DNA from: a virus
Taxonomy: Duplodnaviria; Caudoviricetes
Length of the DNA stretch: 57,115 nucleotides
Strand: one strand, 5' to 3'
Virus record (IMG/VR): IMGVR_UViG_3300048587_000396
Span: 1 to 57,115 of that record
Shown piece after piece: positions 1 through 9,883 of the stretch; the first letter of the stretch is position 1, and each line of letters begins with the position of its first letter. Below the pieces are notes generated by a model that saw only the letters and a program-made list of their open reading frames with translations, ran no database searches and was not told the origin of the DNA. The translations under genes were made by a program, and so were the position numbers.

Positions 1-37
1 CGGCGAAAAACCTTGGCCCAATCTACTGCAAACCGGC
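1..37. repeat. Terminal direct repeat, left copy
   Basis: cggcgaaaaaccttggcccaatctactgcaaaccggc matches 57079-57115 at 36/37 positions (A/T difference at position 30). Confidence 0.9.
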
Positions 38-111
38 GGGGGGTTCCCCAACGACGTAATGATTCAACCGGTTCTGAATGTCCACAGTAACGGATTCGAG
101 GAGCTCAAGTA

Positions 112-603
112 ATGGCGGGATTCGTTAGTGAGACGGTCAACGCGAATGGCCATGTCTTGCAGGTCTCCAAGGAGCCCATGGCGCTCGAGAAGTTCCCGCC
201 GCCAGCGGAGCTGACCAGCGCAGAGCGAGCCGTGTGGACCAACGCGCTTCGCGAGATTCCGTTGCGCGTCTTTCGCGAGCGCAACGTGCATCTGCTGCGC
301 GAATACTGCCGCGTGCGCATCCGGTTCGAAGAGAAGGACTTCGAGCCGTTCACGCGCGAATACAAGCTCGCGTTCAACTTCATTCTTCGCCTCGAAGGAC
401 TTCTCGGGATCTCCATCCCTGCGGAGTTTGCCCGTCAGCGTTACCTGTCGAGGGTCCAGACGCAGGCCGAGGCCCTGGCGCTCAAGCGCGACATGCTCAA
501 GGCTCAGCGGGAGGGCAAACTTCCGGCCGGATCTCACCAGGAGGACGCTCCCACGGGTCCGTCTCGGCAGAAATTCTCGTATGTGGGTGGGAGACCATCG
601 TGA
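112..603 (+). CDS. terS: Terminase small subunit (putative)
   Basis: Directly upstream of and overlapping the large terminase (GTGA); PPAELTSAERAVW resembles P27-family small terminases; GAGGAG RBS. Confidence 0.7.
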   Translation: MAGFVSETVNANGHVLQVSKEPMALEKFPPPAELTSAERAVWTNALREIPLRVFRERNVHLLREYCRVRIRFEEKDFEPFTREYKLAFNFILRLEGLLGISIPAEFARQRYLSRVQTQAEALALKRDMLKAQREGKLPAGSHQEDAPTGPSRQKFSYVGGRPS

Positions 604-2237
604 AGCTGATACTTCCACCGGGGGTCGCTCGCCCGAAAGTCCCGGCCGCTCCGAAGACGCCGCGGTCGCCGGACGATTGGCCTCTAGCGGAGAAGGTCAT
701 CTTCTACATCGAGACGTTCAAGGTCCCCGACGGACCGGACGTGGGGCAGAACATCAGGCTTCGAGACTGGCAGAAGGACTTCCTCCGCGCGGTCTACAAT
801 CCGATGATGTTCACTTCCAAAGGCGACCGGGTTCGAGCGGTGCGGCAGGCCACGATGACTATCGCCCGCAAGAACGGCAAGACATCCCTCGCGGGGGCGC
901 TCCTGCTCGTTCACCTCATCGGACCCTGCGCGATCTGGAACGGACAGCTGTTCAGCGTCGCCTACGACACTGGACAGGCCGCGCTCGCCTATCGCGCTCT
1001 GTCGAGTATCGTTCGGCAGGACGCTGAGCTGTCAGAAATGGTCTTCTTGACAGATTCAGCCAAGCTGGCTCGCGCACCGCAGAGCGCGTCGAGCTACCGA
1101 GCCGTCTCGGCTGAATCTCGGAACAAGCATGGCCTCAATCCGCAGTTCGTGCTGTTCGACGAGCTCAGCCAGTTCGGCAAGGACCGCGAGCTGTTCGATG
1201 TCATGGCAACGTCCATGGGCGCTCAGCAGCAGCCGCTGATGCTCATTATCTCCACGCAGGCGTCGGACGACTCCGCGGTGCTGAGCGAGATCATCGACTA
1301 TGGCAGGAAGGTCAACACGGGCGAAGTCGTCGACCCCACGGTCCATCTGACCGAATACTCCGTGCCCAACGAACTCGACGCGTGGGACGAGGCAAACTGG
1401 AAGCTGGCGAACCCTGCTCTGGGGGATTTCCGCTCGTTGGACGAGATGCGTCAGTTCGCGCAGCGCGCACGAGCCATGCCGAGCATGGAGCTGACTTTCC
1501 GCAATCTCTACCTCAACCAGCGCGTGATGCCGACCGGCTCCTTCGTCAGCCCGGACGTGTGGGAGGCGAACGCCAGAGACATCGACCCCGAGATGTTGAT
1601 CGGCCGGACATGCTACGGCGGACTCGACCTTTCCGCCAAGACGGACTTGACCAGCTTCGAATTGGCCTTCGAGCCCGAGGAACCGGGCGAGCCGATCTGG
1701 ATATTGTCTTTCTTCTGGACGCCTGAAGGCACCCTGGAGATCCGCGAGAAGCGCGACAAGGCTCCGTATGGTCAGTGGGTCGCGGAAGGCTTCCTCGAGA
1801 CCACTCCGGGCAATGCCGTGGACTATCGCTACGTCGCCTCGCGTATTGCCGAGCTCAGCGCCCTCTACAACATCAAGTCCATCGGCTTCGACCGCTGGCG
1901 TATCGACATCATGAAGACGTGGTTCGACGAATACGGACTGGAGGTGCCGCTGATCCCCATTGGTCAGGGCTTCAAGGACGGAAGCTTGATGGTGGACGCG
2001 CTTGAGGCGGAGTTGCTGGCCGGAACGCTCGCCCACGGGGGACATCCAGTCCTTCGCTGGAACGCCGCCTCCGCGGTCATCATGCAGGACCCGTCGGGCA
2101 ACCGAAAGTTCGCCAAGAACAAGAGCCTCGGCCGCATCGACGGGATTGTCGCTATGGCGATGGCGATTCGCACACGGGAGATACTCGGTTCGATGGTTGA
2201 TCAGGCCGGATCACCCGGGATCCTTGTCCTGGGCTAA
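600..2237 (+). CDS. terL: Terminase large subunit
   Basis: LRDWQ Q-motif, IARKNGKTS Walker A, FVLFDE Walker B, GGLDLSAKTDLT nuclease motif, RIDGIVA C-terminal motif; likely GTG start at 600 within ORF 234-2237. Confidence 0.95.
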   Translation: MKLILPPGVARPKVPAAPKTPRSPDDWPLAEKVIFYIETFKVPDGPDVGQNIRLRDWQKDFLRAVYNPMMFTSKGDRVRAVRQATMTIARKNGKTSLAGALLLVHLIGPCAIWNGQLFSVAYDTGQAALAYRALSSIVRQDAELSEMVFLTDSAKLARAPQSASSYRAVSAESRNKHGLNPQFVLFDELSQFGKDRELFDVMATSMGAQQQPLMLIISTQASDDSAVLSEIIDYGRKVNTGEVVDPTVHLTEYSVPNELDAWDEANWKLANPALGDFRSLDEMRQFAQRARAMPSMELTFRNLYLNQRVMPTGSFVSPDVWEANARDIDPEMLIGRTCYGGLDLSAKTDLTSFELAFEPEEPGEPIWILSFFWTPEGTLEIREKRDKAPYGQWVAEGFLETTPGNAVDYRYVASRIAELSALYNIKSIGFDRWRIDIMKTWFDEYGLEVPLIPIGQGFKDGSLMVDALEAELLAGTLAHGGHPVLRWNAASAVIMQDPSGNRKFAKNKSLGRIDGIVAMAMAIRTREILGSMVDQAGSPGILVLG

Positions 2238-2246
2238 AAACGGCGC

Positions 2247-2275
2247 TTGCGCCTGGGTTTGGGCCGTGCTAGGCT
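2247..2275 (+). promoter_or_regulatory. sigma70-type promoter for the head operon
   Basis: TTGCGC-N17-TAGGCT; the same consensus recurs genome-wide. Confidence 0.7.
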
Positions 2276-2313
2276 GGCACAACGCCCATGGGCAGCACGG
2301 AGATCTGTTCAAA

Positions 2314-4221
2314 ATGACAATGCCCGTCGTCATTCGGGGTCAGCAGTCCGCCGCGGACCCGTGGGAGTTCGTTGCCTCCAGCGAGGCGGTCGACCGATAC
2401 GGCGACGTGGTCATGGCCTCGGCCTGGGACCTTCGCAACTTCAAGAAGAACCCCATCGCGCTGTGGCTCCACTCCGGCGCCAATCCCATTGGCGTCTGGG
2501 AGAATGTCCGCGTCGAAGGCGGAAAGCTGCTCGCCCGGCTGGTCATGGCGAAGCCCGGCACCTCCAGCGTCATCGACATGCTCCGCGGTCTGATCGAGCA
2601 GCGCATTCTGCGCGCCGTCAGCGTGGGGTTCATGCCCAAGAAGTGGGAGGATCTCGACCCCGAAAATCCCAGGGCTGGCCGCCGATACACGAAGGCCGAG
2701 CTTCTGGAGATCTCGGTGGTCACCATCCCCGCGAACCCCGAGGCCCTGGCGGTCGCCAAGTCCCTCGGCATGACCGACGAACTTCAGTCGGCCCTGTTCC
2801 TGCCCAGCGAGTCCGCCGGGTCCGTCTCCAAGTCCTTCACCCGGCCGAACGCCGAACGCACCTCCACGAGGAACACTCCGATGAAGACCCTGGCTCAGCA
2901 GATCAAGGCGCTGGAGGAGGAACTCGTTCTCCACCGCGACAAGGTCACCGAACTCTCCGCCGTCGATCCGACCGAGGAGACCGACACCGAACTGGCCGAG
3001 GCCACCGCTCAGCTGAATGCCGTGACGGACCGCCTCGAGCGCCTCCAGGCGGCGCAGGCCGCGATCGCCCGGAAGGCCGTCGCCCCGCGTGTCGAGCCCG
3101 ATGCCGACCCGAATGCGCCGACGGCGCCGCGCGTCTTCGCCCGTGCCAAGCAGAAGGCGCCGCCCGCGGACATCCTGATGAAGGCGGGCTTCGCGACCTT
3201 CCGCTCCATCGTGACCCGCACGCCGATCGACACCGTGATCAAGGACCTCTACGGCAGCGAGGCCAAGGAGATCGACGTCATCGTGCGCGCCGCGACCGCG
3301 GCGGCGAGCACCACCGTCCCGGCCTGGGCGGGGGAGCTCATCGAGGAGCAGACCGCCGAGTTCGCCACGCTGCTCGTTCCCACGTCCGTGTTCGCGGCCT
3401 TCCCGGGCTTCGGCGTCTCGTTCGACACCACCGGCAAGATCCGCATTCCGGGCCGGAACTACGCGGTCGGCGTGTCCGGCGGCTTCGTGGGCGAGGGTGG
3501 CGCCATCCCGGTGAAGGCCGGTGCGCTCACGTCCATCCTGATGACGCCGCACAAGGTCGCGGTCATCATCGCGCTGACCCGTGAGCTGGCGCAGCGGAGC
3601 TCGCCCGCCGCCCTGCCGCTGTTCCGGCAGATGGTGCTCGAGGATACCAGCATCACGCTGGACACGCTGTTCCTCGACAACACGGCGGCGGTCGCCGGCA
3701 TCCGTCCCGCCGGCATGCAGACCTTCGCCACCGGCGACAACACCCGTGCCTCGTCCGGCTCCACGCTCCAGAACATCATCGCCGATGTGAAGGACATGGT
3801 CAGTCAGATGGGCACGAACCGCCTCGGCCGTCGGCCGGTGTGGATCATGAACGAGGCCAATCGTCTCGGTCTGTCCATGCTGACCAACGACCTCGGCCAG
3901 TTCATGTTCAAGGATGAGATCGGCCGGGGGACCTTCTTCGGCTATCCCATCATCTCGTCGCTGAACGTCCCGACGGGCATCGTGTTCCTCATCGATGCCA
4001 ACGAGATCGTGAAGGCGGCGGAGGGTGCGCCGAACTTCGACGTGTCCGAGAGCGCCACGCTCCACATGGACACCGTGCCGAATGCGGACATCGCGGTTCC
4101 CACCACCGGGATCGTCAGCCTGTGGCAGACGGACCAGATGGGCCTCCGGATGATCTGGGATCTCACGTGGGCCGCGCGTCAGGCGGGTGCCGTGCAGACC
4201 CTCACCGGCGTCGCCTGGTGA
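2314..4221 (+). CDS. HK97-type prohead protease fused to major capsid protein
   Basis: N-terminal protease motifs (VDRYGDVV, NPIALWLH, AVSVGF, LLEISVVTIPANPEA), coiled-coil scaffold, HK97 capsid motifs (FVGEGGAIP, WIMN, FFGYPII, SLWQTDQMGLR). Confidence 0.92.
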   Translation: MTMPVVIRGQQSAADPWEFVASSEAVDRYGDVVMASAWDLRNFKKNPIALWLHSGANPIGVWENVRVEGGKLLARLVMAKPGTSSVIDMLRGLIEQRILRAVSVGFMPKKWEDLDPENPRAGRRYTKAELLEISVVTIPANPEALAVAKSLGMTDELQSALFLPSESAGSVSKSFTRPNAERTSTRNTPMKTLAQQIKALEEELVLHRDKVTELSAVDPTEETDTELAEATAQLNAVTDRLERLQAAQAAIARKAVAPRVEPDADPNAPTAPRVFARAKQKAPPADILMKAGFATFRSIVTRTPIDTVIKDLYGSEAKEIDVIVRAATAAASTTVPAWAGELIEEQTAEFATLLVPTSVFAAFPGFGVSFDTTGKIRIPGRNYAVGVSGGFVGEGGAIPVKAGALTSILMTPHKVAVIIALTRELAQRSSPAALPLFRQMVLEDTSITLDTLFLDNTAAVAGIRPAGMQTFATGDNTRASSGSTLQNIIADVKDMVSQMGTNRLGRRPVWIMNEANRLGLSMLTNDLGQFMFKDEIGRGTFFGYPIISSLNVPTGIVFLIDANEIVKAAEGAPNFDVSESATLHMDTVPNADIAVPTTGIVSLWQTDQMGLRMIWDLTWAARQAGAVQTLTGVAW

Positions 4222-4225
4222 TCTC

Positions 4226-4256
4226 GGCGGGCGGAGCTTCACGGCTCCGCCCGTCT
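4226..4256 (+). terminator. GC-rich hairpin after capsid gene (terminator or stabiliser)
   Basis: ggcgggcggagc-ttcacg-gctccgcccgtc; weak U tract. Confidence 0.5.
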
Positions 4257-4281
4257 CCCTCTTGTCAGAAGGACCGTTTCG

Positions 4282-4878
4282 ATGGCTGTCGCCCCGTTCC
4301 TGCCGCGAAGCGGCACTCCCTACATTCCGCGTCCCGCGCTGGACATCATCGCGCAGAACGCGAGTGGGAATACCGTCGACATCCTGGTGGGTGGAATCAC
4401 GACCGATCTCGCCGATGGCAAGGTCACGCTTCGTGTGTTCAACCCCATGGGTGCCCGCGTGCATGATCTCCAGGAGGACGTTCTCGAAGACGAGGACGAG
4501 GTCACCTTCGCGGGGGTGACCGTCGACACTCCGGGTCCGCATCGTGTCGTGGCCGTCACCAGCCTCGGGCAGGTCGGTCGCGAGATCGTTGTCACCGCCG
4601 CTCCGGCGGCTCCCACGAATTCCGCCGTTCCGACCATCACCGGCACTCCGACGGTCGGCCAGACGCTGACCTCGGCGAACGGAGCGTGGACGGGCAGCCC
4701 GACGTTCACGCGTCAGTGGCTCGCGGATGATGTCGAGATCGCCGGCGCCACGAATACCACGCTCGTCCTCGGCGCCGAACAGGAAGGCGCCGTTATCAAG
4801 GTTCGCGTGACCGGCACGAACGCCGGAGGAAGCGCCTCGGCCACCTCCGCGGGCACCTCCGCCGTCGCTCCGGCCTGA
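4282..4878 (+). CDS. Ig-like domain virion (head decoration) protein
   Basis: PTITGTPTVGQTLT...GAWTGSPTFTRQW...IAGAT..T..L....G..I.VRVT..N beta-sandwich pattern; follows capsid gene. Confidence 0.65.
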   Translation: MAVAPFLPRSGTPYIPRPALDIIAQNASGNTVDILVGGITTDLADGKVTLRVFNPMGARVHDLQEDVLEDEDEVTFAGVTVDTPGPHRVVAVTSLGQVGREIVVTAAPAAPTNSAVPTITGTPTVGQTLTSANGAWTGSPTFTRQWLADDVEIAGATNTTLVLGAEQEGAVIKVRVTGTNAGGSASATSAGTSAVAPA

Positions 4879-4882
4879 TCCG

Positions 4883-6265
4883 ATGGGAGCGCTCCAGACC
4901 TTCGCGCGCGGAGCGGTGGCGCTGGTTCAGCGCTCCTTCCCCCGAACATCGGGGGAACCGACTCCGCCGCCCTGGTTCCCGACGAACTGGTGGCAGCTTG
5001 GATTGCGGGTTCCGTCCCGGGGCGTGAACCCGGTGGTCGAGTCCTGCGTCTCGGCCATCACCCAGACCGTCGCCTCGCTTCCGCTGCATCACTGGCGGAT
5101 GCTCCCGAACAACGGCCAGGAGCTCATCCTCAACAGCCCTGCCGCCCGACTGCTCCGCAAGCCGAACCGATATCAGACACGGACGGACTTCATCCTCAAC
5201 TTGCTCCGCAACGAGCTGTTCAACGGGAACGGCTATGCGGTCGGGCTCAAGGACGAGAACTTCAAGTTCGAGAGCCTGCATCTCGTCAACCCGAACTCGT
5301 GCCAGCCGCTTGTCTCGCCCGAGGGCGACGTGTTCTACCAGATCGGTCTGTCGGATATCGCCGCCGGGGTCGCCGGGGTCCAGTCGCTCGTTGTTCCGGC
5401 GGAGGACATGCTGCACATTCGCATGCAGACTCCGCGCAGCCCGCTGATCGGTGAAACTCCGCTCATGGCAGCCGCGCTGTCCATCGACGCAGGGAACGCC
5501 ATCCATCGGCATCTCGCCGGCTTCTTCTCGAACATGACGCGGCCGAGCGGCTTCCTCAAGTCGACCACCGCTCTCAAGCCCGAGCAGGCTGAGATCCTTC
5601 GGACCGAGTGGCAGCAGGCATTCGCCTCCGGAAATGCGGGCCGGGTGGCCGTGCTCCAGGGGGGACTCGACTGGCAGGCTCTGACGATGTCCGCGGTCGA
5701 TGCTGCCATCGTTGAATCCTACCGCATGACGGTGCATGACATCGCGCGCATTTTCCGTGTTCCCCTCTCCGTCATTGGCGAGCCGGGCGGCACGACCTAC
5801 GCGAACACCGAGACGCTGATCCGTCACTGGCTCAGCACCGGCCTCGGTTTCATTGTCGAACATATCGAACTGGCCCTCGACGCGTTGTTCGAGCTCCCGC
5901 CCAACGAGTTCATTTCGTTCGATCTGGAGTATCTGCTGCGAGCTGATTTCGTGGCGCGCGTCGAGGGTCTGACCAAAGGCATCCAGGGTGGCCTGTTCTC
6001 GCCGAACGAGGCCCGAGCCAAGGAAGGTCTGGCGCGTGCCGTCGATGGAGATGAGCCGAGGCTCCAGGCGCAGGTCGTGCCTCTGTCGTTCGCGTCCAAG
6101 ACGCTTCAGGCCGCGACCAACACGCCTCCCGCCGCAGGCAAGGACCCTCCGCCACCCGAAGACGAGCCCGAGGAGGACGAGACCTCCGACGAGCCCGATG
6201 AGAAGTCCACCGAGGCCCTTCACAAGGAGGCTCTCTTCGTGCTGAAGGTGAAAGCCGATGCCTGA
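4883..6265 (+). CDS. Portal protein (HK97 family)
   Basis: VESCVSAI..TVASLP, LLRKPNRYQT, NGNGY, DMLHIR, IARIFRVP, FSPNEARAKEGL motifs. Confidence 0.95.
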   Translation: MGALQTFARGAVALVQRSFPRTSGEPTPPPWFPTNWWQLGLRVPSRGVNPVVESCVSAITQTVASLPLHHWRMLPNNGQELILNSPAARLLRKPNRYQTRTDFILNLLRNELFNGNGYAVGLKDENFKFESLHLVNPNSCQPLVSPEGDVFYQIGLSDIAAGVAGVQSLVVPAEDMLHIRMQTPRSPLIGETPLMAAALSIDAGNAIHRHLAGFFSNMTRPSGFLKSTTALKPEQAEILRTEWQQAFASGNAGRVAVLQGGLDWQALTMSAVDAAIVESYRMTVHDIARIFRVPLSVIGEPGGTTYANTETLIRHWLSTGLGFIVEHIELALDALFELPPNEFISFDLEYLLRADFVARVEGLTKGIQGGLFSPNEARAKEGLARAVDGDEPRLQAQVVPLSFASKTLQAATNTPPAAGKDPPPPEDEPEEDETSDEPDEKSTEALHKEALFVLKVKADA

Positions 6266-7535
6266 GCTCACGTCCCGGGAGTTCGCTCTCCTGCGTGCGG
6301 TGGATGCCGCCCTGGACCAGCGACTCGGTGCCGTCAAGGCCGAAATCATGACCGCCTTCACGGGGGAGTTGGTCAAGCGCGATATCGAGCATCGCGAGCA
6401 GATCGTGTCGTTCCGCGAGCAGTTCATTGGACTGCGCGAGAGTCCACCGCTTGGTGAGGACGATGTCATCCGGCTCATCGGCAGCACCGTTCAGACCATC
6501 GAGGGTCCGCCCGGTGAGCGTGGGCTCGATGGAGCGCCCGGTCGTGACGGCGAGCGGGGTCCACCCGGTGAGCGTGGGCTCGATGGAGCGCCCGGTCGAG
6601 ACGGTGCGGATGGACAGCAGGGTCCGCCCGGTGAGCGTGGGATGCCTGGTGACCGGGGTCCGCCCGGCGAGCCCGGTGAGCGTGGACTGGATGGCGAGCC
6701 CGGACCTCAGGGCCTGCCCGGTGAGCGAGGGCTCGACGGAGCCCCCGGCCGAGACGGTGTCGACGGAGCCCCCGGCAAGGACGGTGAGCGTGGGCTCCAG
6801 GGCGAGCAGGGTCCGCCCGGCCGAGACGGTGTCGACGGAGCTCCCGGCCGAGACGGTGAACGTGGACTCGATGGTGCGCCCGGCCAGGACGGCGGCATCA
6901 CCAGCATCAGTCGCTGGACCGAGGACTATGTCCATCGCGGGCTCGGCCATGTCGTGCTGCACAACGGAAGCTCGTGGTCCGCGGTAGCGGATCCCGAAGG
7001 AGCGGAGCCTGGGACGGACGATCGTTGGAGATGCGTTTCGGCTGGCGTCTCCGATATCACGCTGGAGCAGTCGACTGAGGACCCTCGTAGCCTTGAGCTG
7101 TCGCTGCGTCTCGGTTCCGGTGATGTCACCACCTTCGCGCTCAGTCTGCCGGGGTTCGTGTTTCGTGGGCTGTATTCCGCGGAGGAGGTCTATGGCCTGG
7201 GGGATGTCGTGGCCTGCAACGGTGGGAGTTGGGTCGCAGTCACGGCTGGGAGGCTTGATTCGCCTGGAACCTGCCCTGCATGGGGCTTGCTGACCAAGCA
7301 AGGCAAGCCCGGCAGGCCAGGGCAGTCCGGCGAGCGTGGACCGCCAGGACTGAAGGGCGATGTCGGCCCTCCCGGCACTGGGATCTCGAACATCATGCTC
7401 GAGGGATCGCACTTCGTGGTGGAACTGTCCACGGGGGATGTCAAGACGCTTCCGGTTCCGGGCCTGGAGTCGCTGTTCCATAGGCTCAGCGCCGTCGAAG
7501 CGCATCTCAGCGGGGAGTCGGGCCATGTTTCCTGA
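6258..7535 (+). CDS. Collagen-like (Gly-X-Y repeat) virion protein
   Basis: Long GPPGERGLDGAPGRD repeats, then FRGLYS..EVY..GDVV..NGGSW module; lies between portal and head-tail connector. Confidence 0.8.
   Translation: MPELTSREFALLRAVDAALDQRLGAVKAEIMTAFTGELVKRDIEHREQIVSFREQFIGLRESPPLGEDDVIRLIGSTVQTIEGPPGERGLDGAPGRDGERGPPGERGLDGAPGRDGADGQQGPPGERGMPGDRGPPGEPGERGLDGEPGPQGLPGERGLDGAPGRDGVDGAPGKDGERGLQGEQGPPGRDGVDGAPGRDGERGLDGAPGQDGGITSISRWTEDYVHRGLGHVVLHNGSSWSAVADPEGAEPGTDDRWRCVSAGVSDITLEQSTEDPRSLELSLRLGSGDVTTFALSLPGFVFRGLYSAEEVYGLGDVVACNGGSWVAVTAGRLDSPGTCPAWGLLTKQGKPGRPGQSGERGPPGLKGDVGPPGTGISNIMLEGSHFVVELSTGDVKTLPVPGLESLFHRLSAVEAHLSGESGHVS
6500..6895 (+). repeat. Collagen-coding imperfect tandem repeats
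   Basis: Recurrent ggtccgcccggtgagcgtgggctcgatggagcgcccgg units. Confidence 0.85.
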
Positions 7536-8169
7536 GCTCACGCCGCCGGACCCCATTCCGCCGTTGATGTCCACGGCCGATCTTCGTGCGCTTCTCGGCC
7601 TGACCGGTGCGACGGAACCCACCGATGCTCAGATTGAGTTCGCTCGGGACGTTGCGACGAGTGTCATCCGTGATCACACGGGTCGGCTCCTGTCCTTCGG
7701 CTCCTACGTGGACAAGTTCCTCGGAGTGGTTCCGAGGTTCCAGCTGGTCACTTCGGAGTTCCCCATCAAGACGGTCTCCGGAGTGACGGTCAACGGAAGC
7801 CCGCTCGACCTGGCGAACATGGAGATTCGCCCGCATCTGGGGATGTTCAATCTCAAGTTCTCGTCCTCGTTCTCCGAAGTCGTGATCACTTACGACGGTG
7901 GATACGAAAAGATGCCGGCGAATCTCCAGGCGGTAATCCTGGAGTTCACGCGGCGCCAGCTTCAGGCGATGGGCTTGCCGACAGGCGCGGTCACGCTCGA
8001 TGCGCCAGTCAAGGGAGTTTCCATCGGCAATCTGCGCATGGACTACGCCATTGCACCGACTGCGGACTACATGCCGGGAACTCTGTCGCCGGTCGTGACC
8101 GACGTCAATAGCGCGTTCACCGACACGCTTGATCGCTATCGCCATCCGCGGATACTGGGAGCGTTCTGA
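7525..8169 (+). CDS. Head-tail connector (gp6/gp15-like)
   Basis: Synteny; VIRDHTGR and VVITYDGGY..MPANLQ motifs. Confidence 0.7.
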   Translation: MFPELTPPDPIPPLMSTADLRALLGLTGATEPTDAQIEFARDVATSVIRDHTGRLLSFGSYVDKFLGVVPRFQLVTSEFPIKTVSGVTVNGSPLDLANMEIRPHLGMFNLKFSSSFSEVVITYDGGYEKMPANLQAVILEFTRRQLQAMGLPTGAVTLDAPVKGVSIGNLRMDYAIAPTADYMPGTLSPVVTDVNSAFTDTLDRYRHPRILGAF

Positions 8170-8486
8170 TGGCGCTGCCACTCGATCTCATCTCGCCTCT
8201 CCGAAAGCTGATTGGCCTGTTCGGGGAGAGCGTGACCTACACGTCGCCCGACGGAACCGAGACGTGGACCATCGTGGCGTCGGTTCAGGTGCCGGTCGAG
8301 GCGCAACTCATGCAGGACTTCGACCAGAACGCGCTGATGGTGTTCGTTGTGGCGGCCGATGTCAATGTCGTGCCCGTGTCCATGGGAACCGTTCTGGTTC
8401 GTGGACGCACACGGACAGTGGAGGAGGTAGTGGTGGAGGCTCCGCAGGGAATCGCCATTTACTATCGCCTGAGGGTGCGCGGATGA
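8169..8486 (+). CDS. Head-tail joining (stopper) protein, putative
   Basis: Synteny, size, LFGESVTY motif, TGATG coupling. Confidence 0.55.
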   Translation: MALPLDLISPLRKLIGLFGESVTYTSPDGTETWTIVASVQVPVEAQLMQDFDQNALMVFVVAADVNVVPVSMGTVLVRGRTRTVEEVVVEAPQGIAIYYRLRVRG

Positions 8487-8908
8487 GCTCGAACACCGTT
8501 CGCGAAGCCTTTCGTATGGGATGGCCGGTCCTCACGCCGACGCTGCCCTACATCGAAACCCTCAACGTTCCGATCTCCGATGCGGAAGCGGAAGCACTCC
8601 CCGACGTCTGGGGGAGTTTCGCGTTCAACGCAGAGCGAGATGCCGCCATCACCATGGGCTCGCGTCCGTGGTATGAAGAGACCGGGACTGCCTCGGTTAT
8701 GATCTTCGCCAAGTCCGGCAAAGGAGATCTGGCAGCGGCCGCGATGGCCGAACAGGTGAAAGTCGCTTGGTCCGCATGGATCAACGATGCGAAAGACGTC
8801 TGGGTGCGTGAGACTGCGGGTCCGCGTCCCTACCTCGACTCCTCCGTGGGAAATTGGCTGGTGATCACGGTGGATCTTTCCTACATCTACCAGCGTCGAA
8901 CCCCATAG
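8483..8908 (+). CDS. Tail terminator, putative
   Basis: Synteny; ETGTASVMIFAKSGKG resembles DUF4128-like tail completion proteins; ATGA coupling. Confidence 0.6.
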   Translation: MSSNTVREAFRMGWPVLTPTLPYIETLNVPISDAEAEALPDVWGSFAFNAERDAAITMGSRPWYEETGTASVMIFAKSGKGDLAAAAMAEQVKVAWSAWINDAKDVWVRETAGPRPYLDSSVGNWLVITVDLSYIYQRRTP

Positions 8909-8922
8909 GAAAGGAAGACACC

Positions 8923-9570
8923 ATGGCCCGCGAAAGCACCATTGGTTCGATGTTCTACCTCGAGGCCTCCCGTGCAACGGCCGTCGCCTTCTCGGCCGTC
9001 ACCAAGGGAGCCACCACCAGCCTCACCGTTGCGTCCGCTCCGCCGGGCGTCGAGGCAGGATCCTGGATTGTGATCAGCGGCAGCGACCTTCCGTCGCTCG
9101 ATCGCACGAGCCCGCATCGCGTGATCAGCGCCAGCGCATCGGCCGTGGTCGTCGACACCGACACGACGGCCGACGTTCCGGCAGGGACCGCGGGGGAGCT
9201 CGTGCTCCTGACGATGCAGGAGGTCTGCCTGACCGAATTCACGCCGAGCGCGCCCGAGCCGGGCGAGGTCGATGTCACCACGATGTGTGATACGGTGCGT
9301 CGGACGGTCGCGGGTCTGTCCAGCCCCGGTTCGATCTCGTTCGGCGGTCCGTTCGACATGGAGGAGGCCGGAATGCTGGCCCTCATCGCAGCGCAGAAGG
9401 ACGGCGTGGCGCGCGGGTTCTCCTGGGTCACGCGTGGTGGTCAGGCCGCCAGCATGTTCGGTCAGGTGGCGAGCTTCGTGGGCGCTCCGCAGGGCGTCGA
9501 GCAGGCCGTCACCTACTCCGGCAGCTTCCAGGTCCAGGATGGACCGTTCTACTACAAGGAGCTTCCCTGA
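8923..9570 (+). CDS. Major tail tube protein
   Basis: EVDVTTMCD..RRTVAGLSSPGSISF motif; AAGGAAG RBS; precedes tail chaperones. Confidence 0.8.
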   Translation: MARESTIGSMFYLEASRATAVAFSAVTKGATTSLTVASAPPGVEAGSWIVISGSDLPSLDRTSPHRVISASASAVVVDTDTTADVPAGTAGELVLLTMQEVCLTEFTPSAPEPGEVDVTTMCDTVRRTVAGLSSPGSISFGGPFDMEEAGMLALIAAQKDGVARGFSWVTRGGQAASMFGQVASFVGAPQGVEQAVTYSGSFQVQDGPFYYKELP

Positions 9571-9857
9571 TGCTGCGTGAGATCGATGTCGAAGCGCCCT
9601 CCTGGCAGGAGGGCGTCACTCGCATTCGAGAGCCCCGAGTGCGCGATTTCATCGCCGCTCGGAAGATCGACGACGAGCAGGAGCGGACAGTCAACTTGCT
9701 CGGCGCGATGGTGCTGGACAAGGATGGCAAGCCGGTCGGTGTGGAGGCGATCCTCGAAGCTTCGGTTGCGGCCCTCGAGGAGCTCGCGACGGTCGTGCCT
9801 CGTCTTCTGAAGCGCGAGGTCACGGCTGATCCCCCTTTGGACCAGACGAGCGGCTGA
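9570..9857 (+). CDS. Tail assembly chaperone (lambda G-like)
   Basis: Between tail tube and tape measure genes; slippery heptamer near the end. Confidence 0.75.
   Translation: MLREIDVEAPSWQEGVTRIREPRVRDFIAARKIDDEQERTVNLLGAMVLDKDGKPVGVEAILEASVAALEELATVVPRLLKREVTADPPLDQTSG
9833..9839 (+). other. Programmed -1 frameshift site C CCT TTG
   Basis: X XXY YYZ pattern in the chaperone frame; the -1 frame is open into 9884-10168 and reads PFGPDERLSFRLALSLGMTVEEL. Confidence 0.75.
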
Positions 9858-9883
9858 GCTTCCGTCTGGCCCTGTCGCTGGGA

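Noticed and set aside
6500-6895. Repeat array as possible CRISPR or DGR
   Set aside because: Units are multiples of 9 nt encoding Gly-X-Y collagen; no unique spacers, cas genes or reverse transcriptase
2269-7622. Long antisense ORFs (757, 563 and 570 aa) opposite head genes, and similar shadows elsewhere (33038-34543, 45850-47133, 51492-52634)
   Set aside because: Expected shadow frames in GC-rich, codon-biased genes; no motifs or RBS, and the opposite strand has clear family motifs
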